64,000 nt of DNA from Deltaproteobacteria bacterium. Lineage in GTDB: Bacteria; Desulfobacterota; Syntrophia; Syntrophales; Smithellaceae. Within the stretch, counting starts at the first letter, position 1. The number at the start of each line of letters is the position of its first letter. Positions 26,972 through 36,090 of the stretch are shown piece after piece. A model generated the notes under the pieces. It had not been told where the DNA came from. It saw nothing but the letters and a program-made list of their open reading frames with translations, and made no database searches. Both the position numbers and the translations under genes were made by a program. The stretch is from NCBI GenBank assembly GCA_012729055.1, contig JAAYDW010000037.1, positions 55,028 to 119,027 of the forward strand, read 5' to 3'.

Positions 26972-27018
26972 GCAGGGAACGGCTTGCCACCCGCAGGGTG
27001 GTTCAGTCCGTTCCCTGC
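26972..27018. repeat. 47-bp nested-palindrome intergenic element, copy B (intact); also a likely terminator for the upstream thiolase
   Basis: A perfect 11-bp outer stem, GCAGGGAACGG/CCGTTCCCTGC, encloses an inner 6-bp hairpin, CCACCC-GCA-GGGTGG. It is flanked by A7 (26964-26970) and T5 (27020-27024), so it looks like a rho-independent terminator on either strand. Confidence 0.75.
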
Positions 27019-27027
27019 ATTTTTGAT

Positions 27028-28317
27028 CTAAACCGCTTCGATGGCAATGGCCATGCCCTGGCCGCCGCCGATGCACAGGGAAGCCAGCCCCAGGCCTACG
27101 TTGCGTCGCTTCATTTCATTGGCGAGCGCCAGCACGATGCGCGCGCCGGAGCAGCCGACCGGATGGCCGATGGAAATGGCCGAACCGTTGACGTTGGTGA
27201 TGTCCCAGGGAATGCCCAGCTCGCGCAGACAGGAGATGGCCTGGGAGGCAAACGCTTCGTTGAGTTCAAAAAGACCGTAATCCTTGACGGACGTGCCGGT
27301 AATGCGCAGCAGTTTGCGCACGGCCGGAACCGGCCCCAGTCCCATGTAGGCCGGATCGACGCCGCCCGAGGCGTAGCCCTTGATTCTCGCCAGGGGTTTT
27401 AACCCCATCTGTTTGGCTTTGTCCTCGCTCATGATCAGCAGCGCCGCCGCCGCGTCGTTGATGCCGGAAGCGTTGCCGGCCGTTACCGTTCCGTCTTTTT
27501 TGAAGGCCGTCCCCAGCTTGGCCAGTTTCTCCAGACTGGTTTCCATCGGGCGCTCATCCGTGTCGAAGACGATGGGGTTGCCCTTCTTCTGGGGAATCGT
27601 GACCGGAACGATTTCGTCTTTCAAGAGACCGCTTTTGATCGCATTGCGGGCGCGGGTATGGCTCTCGAGGCTGAGCTTGTCCTGCTCTTCACGGGAGATA
27701 TTGTAGCGCGCGGCGATGTTTTCGGCGGTGATGCCCATGTGGTAGCCGTAAAAGATTTCATACAGGGCGTCAAACACCATCAGGTCGACGGTTTTGCCGA
27801 AAGGCATATCCATGCGGTGCCCCCAGCGGGCTTTGGGCAGGCCGATGGGCACGTCGCTCATGTTTTCCATGCCGCCTGCGACGACCACTTCGTTGTCGCC
27901 GGCCTTGATCGTGGCGGCGGCCAGCGCAATGGCTTTCATGCCGGAAGCGCACACCTTGTTGACCGTAATGGCGGTCGTTTCCTTGGGAAGGCCGGCGCGG
28001 ATCATCGCCTGGCGTCCGACGTTCTGCCCCTGGCCCGCGCCGATGACGTTGCCCATGATCACTTCGTCCACGGCGATTTCCCGGAGATTCTCATCCCACT
28101 TGTAATACTGCTGTTCAATCGGGCAAAGGCCCTCGGTTTTAGCCGTATCCGGCGCGTCTTCCCCGGCGTGGGCGGGCAGGCCCGGTTTGAATCCGGCTTT
28201 CACCAGAGCTTCATGGATAACCAGCGCTCCCAGGTCTTTGGCGGGAACGTCCTTTAAAGAGCCGCCGAAGGCTCCTACCGCGGTGCGCACACCGCTGACA
28301 ATGACTGCATTTGGCAT
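27028..28317 (-). CDS. Thiolase (acetyl-CoA acetyltransferase-like)
   Basis: 429 aa. Motifs: VNKVCASGMKAI, ELNEAFASQ, GHPVGCSGAR and LCIGGGQGMA. Confidence 0.95.
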   Translation of the reverse strand: MPNAVIVSGVRTAVGAFGGSLKDVPAKDLGALVIHEALVKAGFKPGLPAHAGEDAPDTAKTEGLCPIEQQYYKWDENLREIAVDEVIMGNVIGAGQGQNVGRQAMIRAGLPKETTAITVNKVCASGMKAIALAAATIKAGDNEVVVAGGMENMSDVPIGLPKARWGHRMDMPFGKTVDLMVFDALYEIFYGYHMGITAENIAARYNISREEQDKLSLESHTRARNAIKSGLLKDEIVPVTIPQKKGNPIVFDTDERPMETSLEKLAKLGTAFKKDGTVTAGNASGINDAAAALLIMSEDKAKQMGLKPLARIKGYASGGVDPAYMGLGPVPAVRKLLRITGTSVKDYGLFELNEAFASQAISCLRELGIPWDITNVNGSAISIGHPVGCSGARIVLALANEMKRRNVGLGLASLCIGGGQGMAIAIEAV

Positions 28318-28512
28318 AATACTGCTACCTCCTTGTTCTCATATAGATGACTGTATTTCGATGTCAGTTCGTGACATTGACCGTCATGGGTCTGCGGCGA
28401 GGGCCGCAACCGTCTGAAACAGGCGGGAGTATTCCATAATTGAGGCGGTAAGGCAAGAATGTTTTGCCCGGACTTGCCTGGAGGCGGACGGCCGGGGCCG
28501 TAAGCGAAAACC

Positions 28513-30411
28513 TTATTCTCCGGCCGCGCCGGCGGCCGGAGGCTCGGCCAGGGAAAAGCGCAGAACCAGTGCATCGGCCTCGCAGGACCGGCCGGTTTCC
28601 AGCCCGGCTTTTTCGAACACTTTCAGCATGGCTTCGTTGCGGGGCAGAACATAGGCGACAAACCGGGCGACGCCCCGGTCGCGCGCGATTTTCACCAGGT
28701 AGCTGAACAGGAAAGTGGCGATGCCTTTTCCCTGGAATTCCTCGTCCACGATGAAGGCGATTTCGTAGGCGTCCTCTTTCTTGTCGTACGCGTAGCGCGC
28801 CTCCGCGATGATTCTTTCGTTGCGGCCTTTTTCCACGATGGCGACGACGGACATCACCTCATCGTAGTCGATGCTGACGTATTTCTGCATTTCCTTGTGC
28901 GGCATCAGGGGCTTCGGCGCAAAATAGCGGAAGTACTTCGACTCGTCGGAAAAGTTGTAAAACAGCCGCCGCATCATGTCCTCATCGGAAGGTTTGATGG
29001 GGCGGATCTTCACTTCCAGGCCATCGCGCAGCGTCTTGCGCGTTTCGAGCAGAGCCGGATAGTTGGCCGCGTGCCGGGCGACGTAAATCTGATCCGGATA
29101 CACGTAGTTGAACGCTTTGGCCTGCGCGAGCAGGCTCTCGCGGTGATCCGGATGGGCGATATCGATCATGGCGAGCGCCCGTTCACGGATCGATTTCCCG
29201 AAAAGATTGGCCACGCCGTACTCCGTGACAATATACTTGACCACGCCCAGCGTGCTGTGCGGATTGTCGGCGGCGCTGTCGTGCCGAATGACGATGTTGC
29301 TGCGGCCCTCCCGGTCGACGGAATTGAGCGCGACAATAGCCTTGCCTCTTTTTGAAATGGTCGCAGCCACGGCAAAGTTGAGCTTGCTTTCATAACCGGT
29401 GAGCAGATTGTCTCCGGAATGAAAGATAACGGAATCGCCGAAAATGTCGATCTTTTTAACATTCATAATACTGATCAAACTTTGAATCCGGCGCACGACA
29501 AAAGGATTGCTCAGGCGCGCAAGCGGATAAAATTCAAAAATGGGATTGCGGCTGACATAGTCATAAAGGGCACGGCTTCCATAGCAGTAGCTGGCGGTCA
29601 CCAGCCCGCCGCTGATCCGGCTGCGGTCCAGCGAAATGGCGCCGGAGGCAATCAGATCGATGACCCAGTCGGAAACCACATGGGTAAGAATCCCCAGATT
29701 TTTCTTATTTTGCAGATGATGGGCCACGGCGGTGAACACTCTGCCCACATGGAGCGCCACGGTTGCGCCGTCTTCGATCAGGTTGGAAATATTCCAGCCG
29801 ATTCTGTCCATGATGGAATCGTAGGACTTGCTTTCCCTTTCAATCAAAGGCAGGTCGCTTTCCACCACATAATCAAAACTGCTGATATGCAGAAACGTTT
29901 CGCCCAGGGTAACGGGCATGTTGGGATTGATTTCCGCTATGACCAGCGACGCTTGTTTTGCGACAATATTGGCCACGTCCACCGCCACGCCCAGAGAAAC
30001 AAATCCGTTGTCGCCGGGCGGGGACGTCGCAATCACCGCCACATCGACGGCCACCGCTCCGCTTAAAAAAAGATACGGCAGCTCCATGAGATTGGCGGGA
30101 ATAAAGTCGACTTTGCCTTCCGCAATTTCCTTGCTGATGCTTTCTCCGATATTGAACGTCTTCAATCGGTATTGCCGGTTGTCGCTGGAAGACTGGAGAT
30201 ATTTGCCCAGGGTAATCAGTTGGATGATTTCCAGATCGCGGATGTTGGGCGCGTCGGATCGGGCGATGGCCGTGAGCATTTTTCCGGGCGCCGCCACGCC
30301 GCTGGAAACGAAAATTTTCTGCCCCGGTTTGATTTTCTCCAGGATTTTTTCTTCGCTGGTCACCTTGGCTCTGTAATCGGAGCCGCGTCTCCCGGTTTTT
30401 TGTTCCATCAT
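28513..30411 (-). CDS. Fusion protein: degenerate acetyl-CoA hydrolase/transferase-like domain (aa 1-466) plus Pat-type GNAT acyltransferase domain (aa 467-632)
   Basis: The N-terminal two thirds align with the two CoA-transferase paralogs in this window and end in IAHPDHRE. However, TEMF is replaced by THVV, QxGIG by LHVG, and GGQxDF by YESKLNF. The C-terminus (IRPIKPSDEDMMRRLFYNFSDESKYFRYF ... EFQGKGIAT ... AMLKVFEKAG) is a GNAT of the kind found in protein acetyltransferase Pat. Confidence 0.85.
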   Translation of the reverse strand: MMEQKTGRRGSDYRAKVTSEEKILEKIKPGQKIFVSSGVAAPGKMLTAIARSDAPNIRDLEIIQLITLGKYLQSSSDNRQYRLKTFNIGESISKEIAEGKVDFIPANLMELPYLFLSGAVAVDVAVIATSPPGDNGFVSLGVAVDVANIVAKQASLVIAEINPNMPVTLGETFLHISSFDYVVESDLPLIERESKSYDSIMDRIGWNISNLIEDGATVALHVGRVFTAVAHHLQNKKNLGILTHVVSDWVIDLIASGAISLDRSRISGGLVTASYCYGSRALYDYVSRNPIFEFYPLARLSNPFVVRRIQSLISIMNVKKIDIFGDSVIFHSGDNLLTGYESKLNFAVAATISKRGKAIVALNSVDREGRSNIVIRHDSAADNPHSTLGVVKYIVTEYGVANLFGKSIRERALAMIDIAHPDHRESLLAQAKAFNYVYPDQIYVARHAANYPALLETRKTLRDGLEVKIRPIKPSDEDMMRRLFYNFSDESKYFRYFAPKPLMPHKEMQKYVSIDYDEVMSVVAIVEKGRNERIIAEARYAYDKKEDAYEIAFIVDEEFQGKGIATFLFSYLVKIARDRGVARFVAYVLPRNEAMLKVFEKAGLETGRSCEADALVLRFSLAEPPAAGAAGE

Positions 30412-30681
30412 TATGGCCTTGCTTTATCCGAGCGAATTCACTATGATGCGTCCTCGTTCCGAGGTGTTTCCACTTGCCGCTGTTGGGTTGCACTATGACA
30501 CGGAAAGGAGATACTTGCAAACGACAATTCATCCGCTCCCGAACAGATGCCGCTTCCGTTCACGACGGTCAACGCCGCGCAGGCGGATCGTCGCGATGCC
30601 TTCCGGCGTTACGGAGACAAGGCTCTCCGGCGGCGCAAGGTTACCGCGGAAAACAAACGTCTTTAAATCCGTTACCGAAAA

Positions 30682-33600
30682 ATGGAGAGATCGGTCATGA
30701 TTGAAAAGAGCAACCGGCAGTACATCGAAGAAATCAAGTTGATCCGGCGGCAAATGGCTTCTTTGGATCAGCAGAAAACCGAGCTTCAGGACACGATAGA
30801 CCGGATGAAAGAAAACGAAAAATTCTACCGGGATCTGGCCGAAAACGATCCGGACTGGACCTTCTGGCTGGACGCCGACAATCGTCTGGTGTACGTATCC
30901 CCCTCCGCCAAGCGCATCACCGGCTATGAACCGGAAGACTTCCGGAAAGACGCCAAACTTCTGTTTAAAATGATTCATCCCGACGACCGTTCAGCCTTCG
31001 ACGATCACCTCCACTTTGCGCGCAAGTCCAAAGCCAGCACGGAAGAGGAGTTCCGGATTATCCGGAAAGACAAAAAAACGCGCTGGATCAGTCACCTGCC
31101 CCAGCCGGTTTACGATGAAGAAGGCCGGTACGCCGGGCTTCTGTCCAGCAACCGCGACATCACCGGCAGCAAAACCAAAAACGACGGTTCCCTGGACAGC
31201 GAAATCCGCTACCGCCTGCTTTCTGAAAACATCCGGGATGTCGTCTGGTCGATGGACCCGACCCTGCGCCCGACGTATGTGAGTCCGTCGGTCTTGCTTC
31301 TGCTCGGCTATACGGTCGAAGAAGCCCTGGACCAGAACTTCCGCGTCGTTCTGACACCGGTCGCGCTGCAGAAGTTCAACGAGGCCTGGTCGCCGGAAAT
31401 GGAAAAGCAAGGCGTCGCGGGGACGACCGCCAAATCCTCCCTCACACTGGAACTGGAATGCCGGCGCAAGGACGGCTCCACCGTCTGGACCGAATCGCAG
31501 TTCACGGCCCTGCGCAACGACAATAAAAAAATCGTCGAAATCATCTGCGTCAGCCGCGACATCACCGCTCTTGTCGAGGCCCGGGAAAAACTGGCCCTGG
31601 AGGAAACACGGCAGGCGCACAGCGAACAACGGATGAAGGCGCTGTGCGACGCGGCGGAAGAAAGCCTCTATTTCGCCGACGCGGACGGCCGCCTGGTGCT
31701 GGTTAACGCCGCAGCCGCCCGGTGCCTCGGCACGGACCCGGAAACCCTGCTCGCCAGCGGGAAACTGGGGGATTTTATTCCGCGGGACGCCGAAGCAAGG
31801 TGTAAAGAGCACATTGCCCGGGCGCTGCAAGGCGCGGAGACGGTTGCATTTCAGGAGGATCTCCTGGGCCGATCCATGCGCTGCCTGGCGAATCCGGTCG
31901 CGGGAGAAGACGGAACCCTCATCGGCGTTGCCGTTTGCGGACAGGATGTCACGGACCTCGCATCCGCCCGGACGGAAATCGAGGACCTCCGCCGCGCGCG
32001 GGACGCCGCTGAAAAGAAGCGGCGCGACGGGGAAAAAGAACTCTCGGAACGCGAACGGCAGCTGGACGAAGTCGCAGAAGCGTTGAAAGAGCGGCAAAGC
32101 CTGCTTGCAGGCTGCGAGCGCCGGCTTGCAGAAAATTCGGACCGGCAAGAGGCCCTGGAAAAGGAACTTGGCGACAGCCGCAGCCGCCTGGAGGAAAAGG
32201 AAAGCGCGCTTGCGCAACTGAAAGGCGAGTTGCGGGGGCTTCTCGATGCGGCAACGGAAGCTTTTTTCCTGATGGATCTTCAGGGCCGTCTGCTTTATGC
32301 CAACGAAGCGACCGCCCGGCTCGTTCACACGGAGCTTCCGGCGCAGACAGCGGGCCGCAGTCTCTATGATTTTCTGCCCGCTCCCGCAGCCGACCGCTAC
32401 CGGAAATACGCGGCGGACGTTCAAAAAACAGGACGGCCGATACACTTTGATCTGGAAATTTTCGGCCGGCCCATGACGCATTCCGTCTGCCCCATTATGA
32501 ATGAAAAAGGCAAGGTCACGCGGCTGGCCGTTTTCGCGGCGGATCTCTCCGACCGCAGGACCGGCGAAGCGCAGGCCGAGGAAAACCGGCGCCGGGCCAG
32601 GGAAGCCGAACACATGCTGCAGCTCATTGTCGACGCCATCCCCCTGCGTATTTTCTGGAAGGACCAAAACTCCGTTTATCGGGGCGCCAACGCCCTTTTC
32701 GCCCGTGACGCGGGCCGGGAAAATCCCGAAGCGCTGATCGGAAAAACGGACGATGACATGATCTGGAGCGACAAGGCAAAGCAATACCGCCGCGAGGACA
32801 GCGAGGTCCTAACCTCGGGAAAGCCCAGAGTCCGCAGCGAGGAGCGCTGTGCCGGGCCCAGCGGCGGGCAGCGCTGTTTTCAGACCACCAAGACGCCCCT
32901 GACGGACGACGGCCGGATCATCGGCATCCTGGGCCTGTACGATGACGTCACCGACCGGAAAACGGCCGAAGAAGCGCTTGCGGAAAGCGAAAAGCGCTAT
33001 CGCAGCGTCTTTGAAAACAACCGCATGCCCATGCTGCTCATCGATCCGGAAGGCGGGATCATCCTGGACGCGAATCCCGCGGCCGCCGACTACTACGGCT
33101 GGAACAGAGCCGCGCTGACCCGCATGACCATCGCCGACATCAACACGCTGCCCGGAAGCGAAATCACCAAAATGATGAAACTGGCCATGACGCGTAAAAG
33201 CAGTCATGTCTTTTTCAAGCACAACCTCGCGGACGGCTCCGTTCGCGACGTCGAAGTCTTCAGCAGTCTGCTGCAGTTTCACGGCAAAGCCGCGATCTGC
33301 GCCATGATTTACGATGTAACGGAACGCGTCCGGATGGAAGGCGCCCTGCGGCAAGCCGAAAAGCTCGACTCGCTGGGCATTCTGGCCGGCGGCATCGCGC
33401 ACGACTTCAACAACCTGATGACCATTGTACAGGGTCACATCGACGTGGCGCTTCTGGGACTGCCCGAGGACGACTCCGCGCGGCAAAGCCTTCGCGCGGC
33501 GCAGGACGCGGTCGATAAAACACGAGAGATCACCGGCCGCCTCATCACTTTCTCCCGCGGCGGCGCGCCGGTCGCGAAACCCCGCCGCGTCCAGAATCTG

Positions 33601-34476
33601 CTTTCCGCCGCGGCCCAGCGTCTGCTTGCCGCGTCTCCCGTCAAATGGTCTCTGGACCTCGCCGACGATTTATGGCCCGCGGAAGTGGATTCAAATCAAA
33701 TCCAGCAGTGCTTCTGCCATTTGATCGACAACGCCCGGGAAGCCATGCCGGAGGGCGGACGGCTGACCATCCGCGTCGAAAATGCGGACATCGGAGAAGC
33801 GGACTTGCTGCCGCTGGCTTCGGGACCGTATCTGAAAATCATTTTCGACGACAGCGGCGCCGGTATTGCCCCCGAACATCTCGCCCGCATCTTCGATCCT
33901 TATTTCACGACGAAGCCCCTGGGAAAGGAAAAGGGGCTGGGACTGGGGCTGGCCGTCTGCCATTCCGTGCTGAAGAAGCATGACGGTTACATTGCCGTCC
34001 ATTCCGACCAGGGGCAGGGAGCAACCTTTACGCTGTACCTTCCGGCGCAGCCCGGAGCGGTCGTGGAAGAGGAACCGGCGCAGGAAAAGAAGCCGACGCC
34101 CGGACGCATTCTCATCATGGACGACAATGCCGATATCCGGAAGATCCTCCAGATCTACATGGAAAAGCAGGGATTTGCCGTCACCGGCGTCACGGAAGGC
34201 CAGGAAGCCGTCCGTCAGTACCGGGAAGCGCAGGAGGCGGGAGAGCCCTACCACGCCGTCTTCATGGAAATCTCCGTGAAGCAGGGCCTTGGCGGAGAAT
34301 CCACAATCACGCGGCTCAAAAGCATCGATCCGGACGTCAAAGCCGTGGCCATTGTTTCCGAAGACGGCGACAGCCGCACGCAGAATTTTCTCGATCTCGG
34401 CTTTAGCGAAGTCCTGGGCAAACCGTTTCGCCTGGAGGATATGAGAAAAATTCTCGGCAGCCTGATCAAGATCTGA
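30682..34476 (+). CDS. Multi-PAS hybrid sensor histidine kinase with coiled-coil segment and C-terminal receiver-like domain
   Basis: 1264 aa. It has repeated PAS/PAC units (for example RWISHLPQPVYDEEGRY and DITERVRMEGAL), a charged coiled-coil (aa ~430-500), an H-box GIAHDFNNLMT, HATPase motifs DSGAGI and GLGLGLAV, and a receiver-like domain at 34102-34473. Confidence 0.9.
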   Translation: MERSVMIEKSNRQYIEEIKLIRRQMASLDQQKTELQDTIDRMKENEKFYRDLAENDPDWTFWLDADNRLVYVSPSAKRITGYEPEDFRKDAKLLFKMIHPDDRSAFDDHLHFARKSKASTEEEFRIIRKDKKTRWISHLPQPVYDEEGRYAGLLSSNRDITGSKTKNDGSLDSEIRYRLLSENIRDVVWSMDPTLRPTYVSPSVLLLLGYTVEEALDQNFRVVLTPVALQKFNEAWSPEMEKQGVAGTTAKSSLTLELECRRKDGSTVWTESQFTALRNDNKKIVEIICVSRDITALVEAREKLALEETRQAHSEQRMKALCDAAEESLYFADADGRLVLVNAAAARCLGTDPETLLASGKLGDFIPRDAEARCKEHIARALQGAETVAFQEDLLGRSMRCLANPVAGEDGTLIGVAVCGQDVTDLASARTEIEDLRRARDAAEKKRRDGEKELSERERQLDEVAEALKERQSLLAGCERRLAENSDRQEALEKELGDSRSRLEEKESALAQLKGELRGLLDAATEAFFLMDLQGRLLYANEATARLVHTELPAQTAGRSLYDFLPAPAADRYRKYAADVQKTGRPIHFDLEIFGRPMTHSVCPIMNEKGKVTRLAVFAADLSDRRTGEAQAEENRRRAREAEHMLQLIVDAIPLRIFWKDQNSVYRGANALFARDAGRENPEALIGKTDDDMIWSDKAKQYRREDSEVLTSGKPRVRSEERCAGPSGGQRCFQTTKTPLTDDGRIIGILGLYDDVTDRKTAEEALAESEKRYRSVFENNRMPMLLIDPEGGIILDANPAAADYYGWNRAALTRMTIADINTLPGSEITKMMKLAMTRKSSHVFFKHNLADGSVRDVEVFSSLLQFHGKAAICAMIYDVTERVRMEGALRQAEKLDSLGILAGGIAHDFNNLMTIVQGHIDVALLGLPEDDSARQSLRAAQDAVDKTREITGRLITFSRGGAPVAKPRRVQNLLSAAAQRLLAASPVKWSLDLADDLWPAEVDSNQIQQCFCHLIDNAREAMPEGGRLTIRVENADIGEADLLPLASGPYLKIIFDDSGAGIAPEHLARIFDPYFTTKPLGKEKGLGLGLAVCHSVLKKHDGYIAVHSDQGQGATFTLYLPAQPGAVVEEEPAQEKKPTPGRILIMDDNADIRKILQIYMEKQGFAVTGVTEGQEAVRQYREAQEAGEPYHAVFMEISVKQGLGGESTITRLKSIDPDVKAVAIVSEDGDSRTQNFLDLGFSEVLGKPFRLEDMRKILGSLIKI

Positions 34477-34514
34477 AAGACGTCCCCGGCCGGATCAAGA
34501 TTTCGACTATCCGC

Positions 34515-34544
34515 TTGACAACGGTCCGGCGTCATCATTACTAT
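34515..34544 (+). promoter_or_regulatory. Sigma-70-type promoter candidate
   Basis: TTGACA (34515-34520), an 18-nt spacer, then TACTAT (34539-34544). It lies about 65 nt upstream of the biotin carboxylase start. Confidence 0.45.
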
Positions 34545-34609
34545 ACAAAAGCGAAAAAAACAAAATCGGGCAAGGGGCGGTCAGGCGCCTGCAACCCAAA
34601 GGACAAAAA

Positions 34610-36061
34610 TTGGCAAAAAAAATATCGAAAGTACTGGTGGCCAACCGGGGGGAAATCGCTCTGCGCATTATCCGCACGGTCAAGGAGATGGGCCTCGACA
34701 CGGTGGCCGTTTATGAAAAACCCGACAGCGAGTCCTACTTTCTGCGGTTTGCCGATCAGGCGATCCTGATCGGCGACGGGCCGCGCAAGGATTACCTCGA
34801 CATCGACAAAATCATCTGGGCCGCGCAAAAATCCGGCGCGGACGCCATTCATCCCGGCTACGGTTTCCTTTCGGAAAATCCGGACCTGGCCGCCGCCTGC
34901 GAGGACGAGGACATCGTGTTCATCGGCCCGCCGCCCCGTGTGATCCGCGATCTGGGCAACAAGGTCGTCGCCCGGGAAATCATGGAAAAAGCCGCGATTC
35001 CCTTCATTCCGGGAACCGGCACGCTTTCCGCAGGCGACATGGGCCTTCGGGAGGCGGTGGCCTTTGCCGAAAAGCACGGCTATCCGATCATGTTCAAGGC
35101 GCTGGCCGGCGGCGGCGGACGCGGCATCCGCAAAATCGAAAACGAGGAAGAGCTGCGCGCGCAGCTGCCGCAGGCGCGCTCCGAGGCGCGCTCCGCCTTC
35201 AACGACGACCGCATTTACATTGAAAAATGCGTCGAGTCTCCCCGGCACATCGAAGTGCAGATTCTGGCCGACGCTTACGGCCACGTGATGCATCTGGGCA
35301 CCCGCGACTGTTCCATCCAGCGCCGCCACCAGAAACTTCTGGAAATCGCTCCGGCCGATCTGCCCAAAAACGTGCTGGACGCCATGCACGCGACCGCCAT
35401 CCAGGCGGCCCGCCAGGCGGGTTATGTCAACGCCGGCACGGTGGAATTTCTGGTCGATCCACAAACCAACCAATTCTGGTTTATGGAGGTCAACACCCGG
35501 CTGCAGGTGGAGCATACCGTAACGGAAATCCTGACGGGCATCGATATCATCCGCCAGCAGGTGCTCCTGGCCGAAGGCAACCGGCTGGAGATTCCCGAGG
35601 AACGCATTCATCTGGTCAACAAAGCCATCCAGGTGCGTGTCAATGCGGAGGATCCGAAAAACAATTTCATGCCCGAAGGCGGCAAGCGCGTTGAAGTGTA
35701 TCAATCTCCCGGCGGACCGGAAATCCGTCTCGACGGCATTGTCTACCAGGGCTATAAAATTCCCACCGACTACGATTCGCTTCTGGTCAAGCTCACCGTG
35801 CGGGGCTATTCCTGGCGGCAGACGATCCAGCGCCTCAAGCGCGCCCTCCAGGACTTCCTGATCGTCGGACCGAAAACGACGATTCCTTTCTACCTGGCCA
35901 TTTGCGACGACAAGGATTTCCGGGACGGCCGCTTTACGACCGGTTATCTCGACTCTCATCCCGAACTGTTCGATTATCCTGAACCGGAGCGGGAAATCGC
36001 CAGACTGTCCAAACTCATCGCGGAAATCCACGCGCGGAAAATCAATCCCTACGCCTACTGA
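34610..36061 (+). CDS. Biotin carboxylase subunit (AccC/PycA type, ATP-grasp)
   Basis: TTG start at 34610 follows AAAGGA. Motifs: KVLVANRGEIALRIIRT, GYGFLSEN, GGGGRGIR, EKCVESPRHIEVQILAD and EVNTRLQVEHTVTE. Confidence 0.95.
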   Translation: MAKKISKVLVANRGEIALRIIRTVKEMGLDTVAVYEKPDSESYFLRFADQAILIGDGPRKDYLDIDKIIWAAQKSGADAIHPGYGFLSENPDLAAACEDEDIVFIGPPPRVIRDLGNKVVAREIMEKAAIPFIPGTGTLSAGDMGLREAVAFAEKHGYPIMFKALAGGGGRGIRKIENEEELRAQLPQARSEARSAFNDDRIYIEKCVESPRHIEVQILADAYGHVMHLGTRDCSIQRRHQKLLEIAPADLPKNVLDAMHATAIQAARQAGYVNAGTVEFLVDPQTNQFWFMEVNTRLQVEHTVTEILTGIDIIRQQVLLAEGNRLEIPEERIHLVNKAIQVRVNAEDPKNNFMPEGGKRVEVYQSPGGPEIRLDGIVYQGYKIPTDYDSLLVKLTVRGYSWRQTIQRLKRALQDFLIVGPKTTIPFYLAICDDKDFRDGRFTTGYLDSHPELFDYPEPEREIARLSKLIAEIHARKINPYAY

Positions 36062-36090
36062 TCGGGCAGAGCTGCAAGGAGACACGTTTT

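Noticed and set aside
30991-32784. A 597-aa minus-strand ORF inside the hybrid kinase gene.
   Set aside because: It is an antisense shadow ORF. The plus-strand frame carries PAS, H-box and ATPase motifs.
34541-36085. A 514-aa minus-strand ORF covering the biotin carboxylase gene.
   Set aside because: It is antisense to an unambiguous ATP-grasp biotin carboxylase, and its translation has no motifs.
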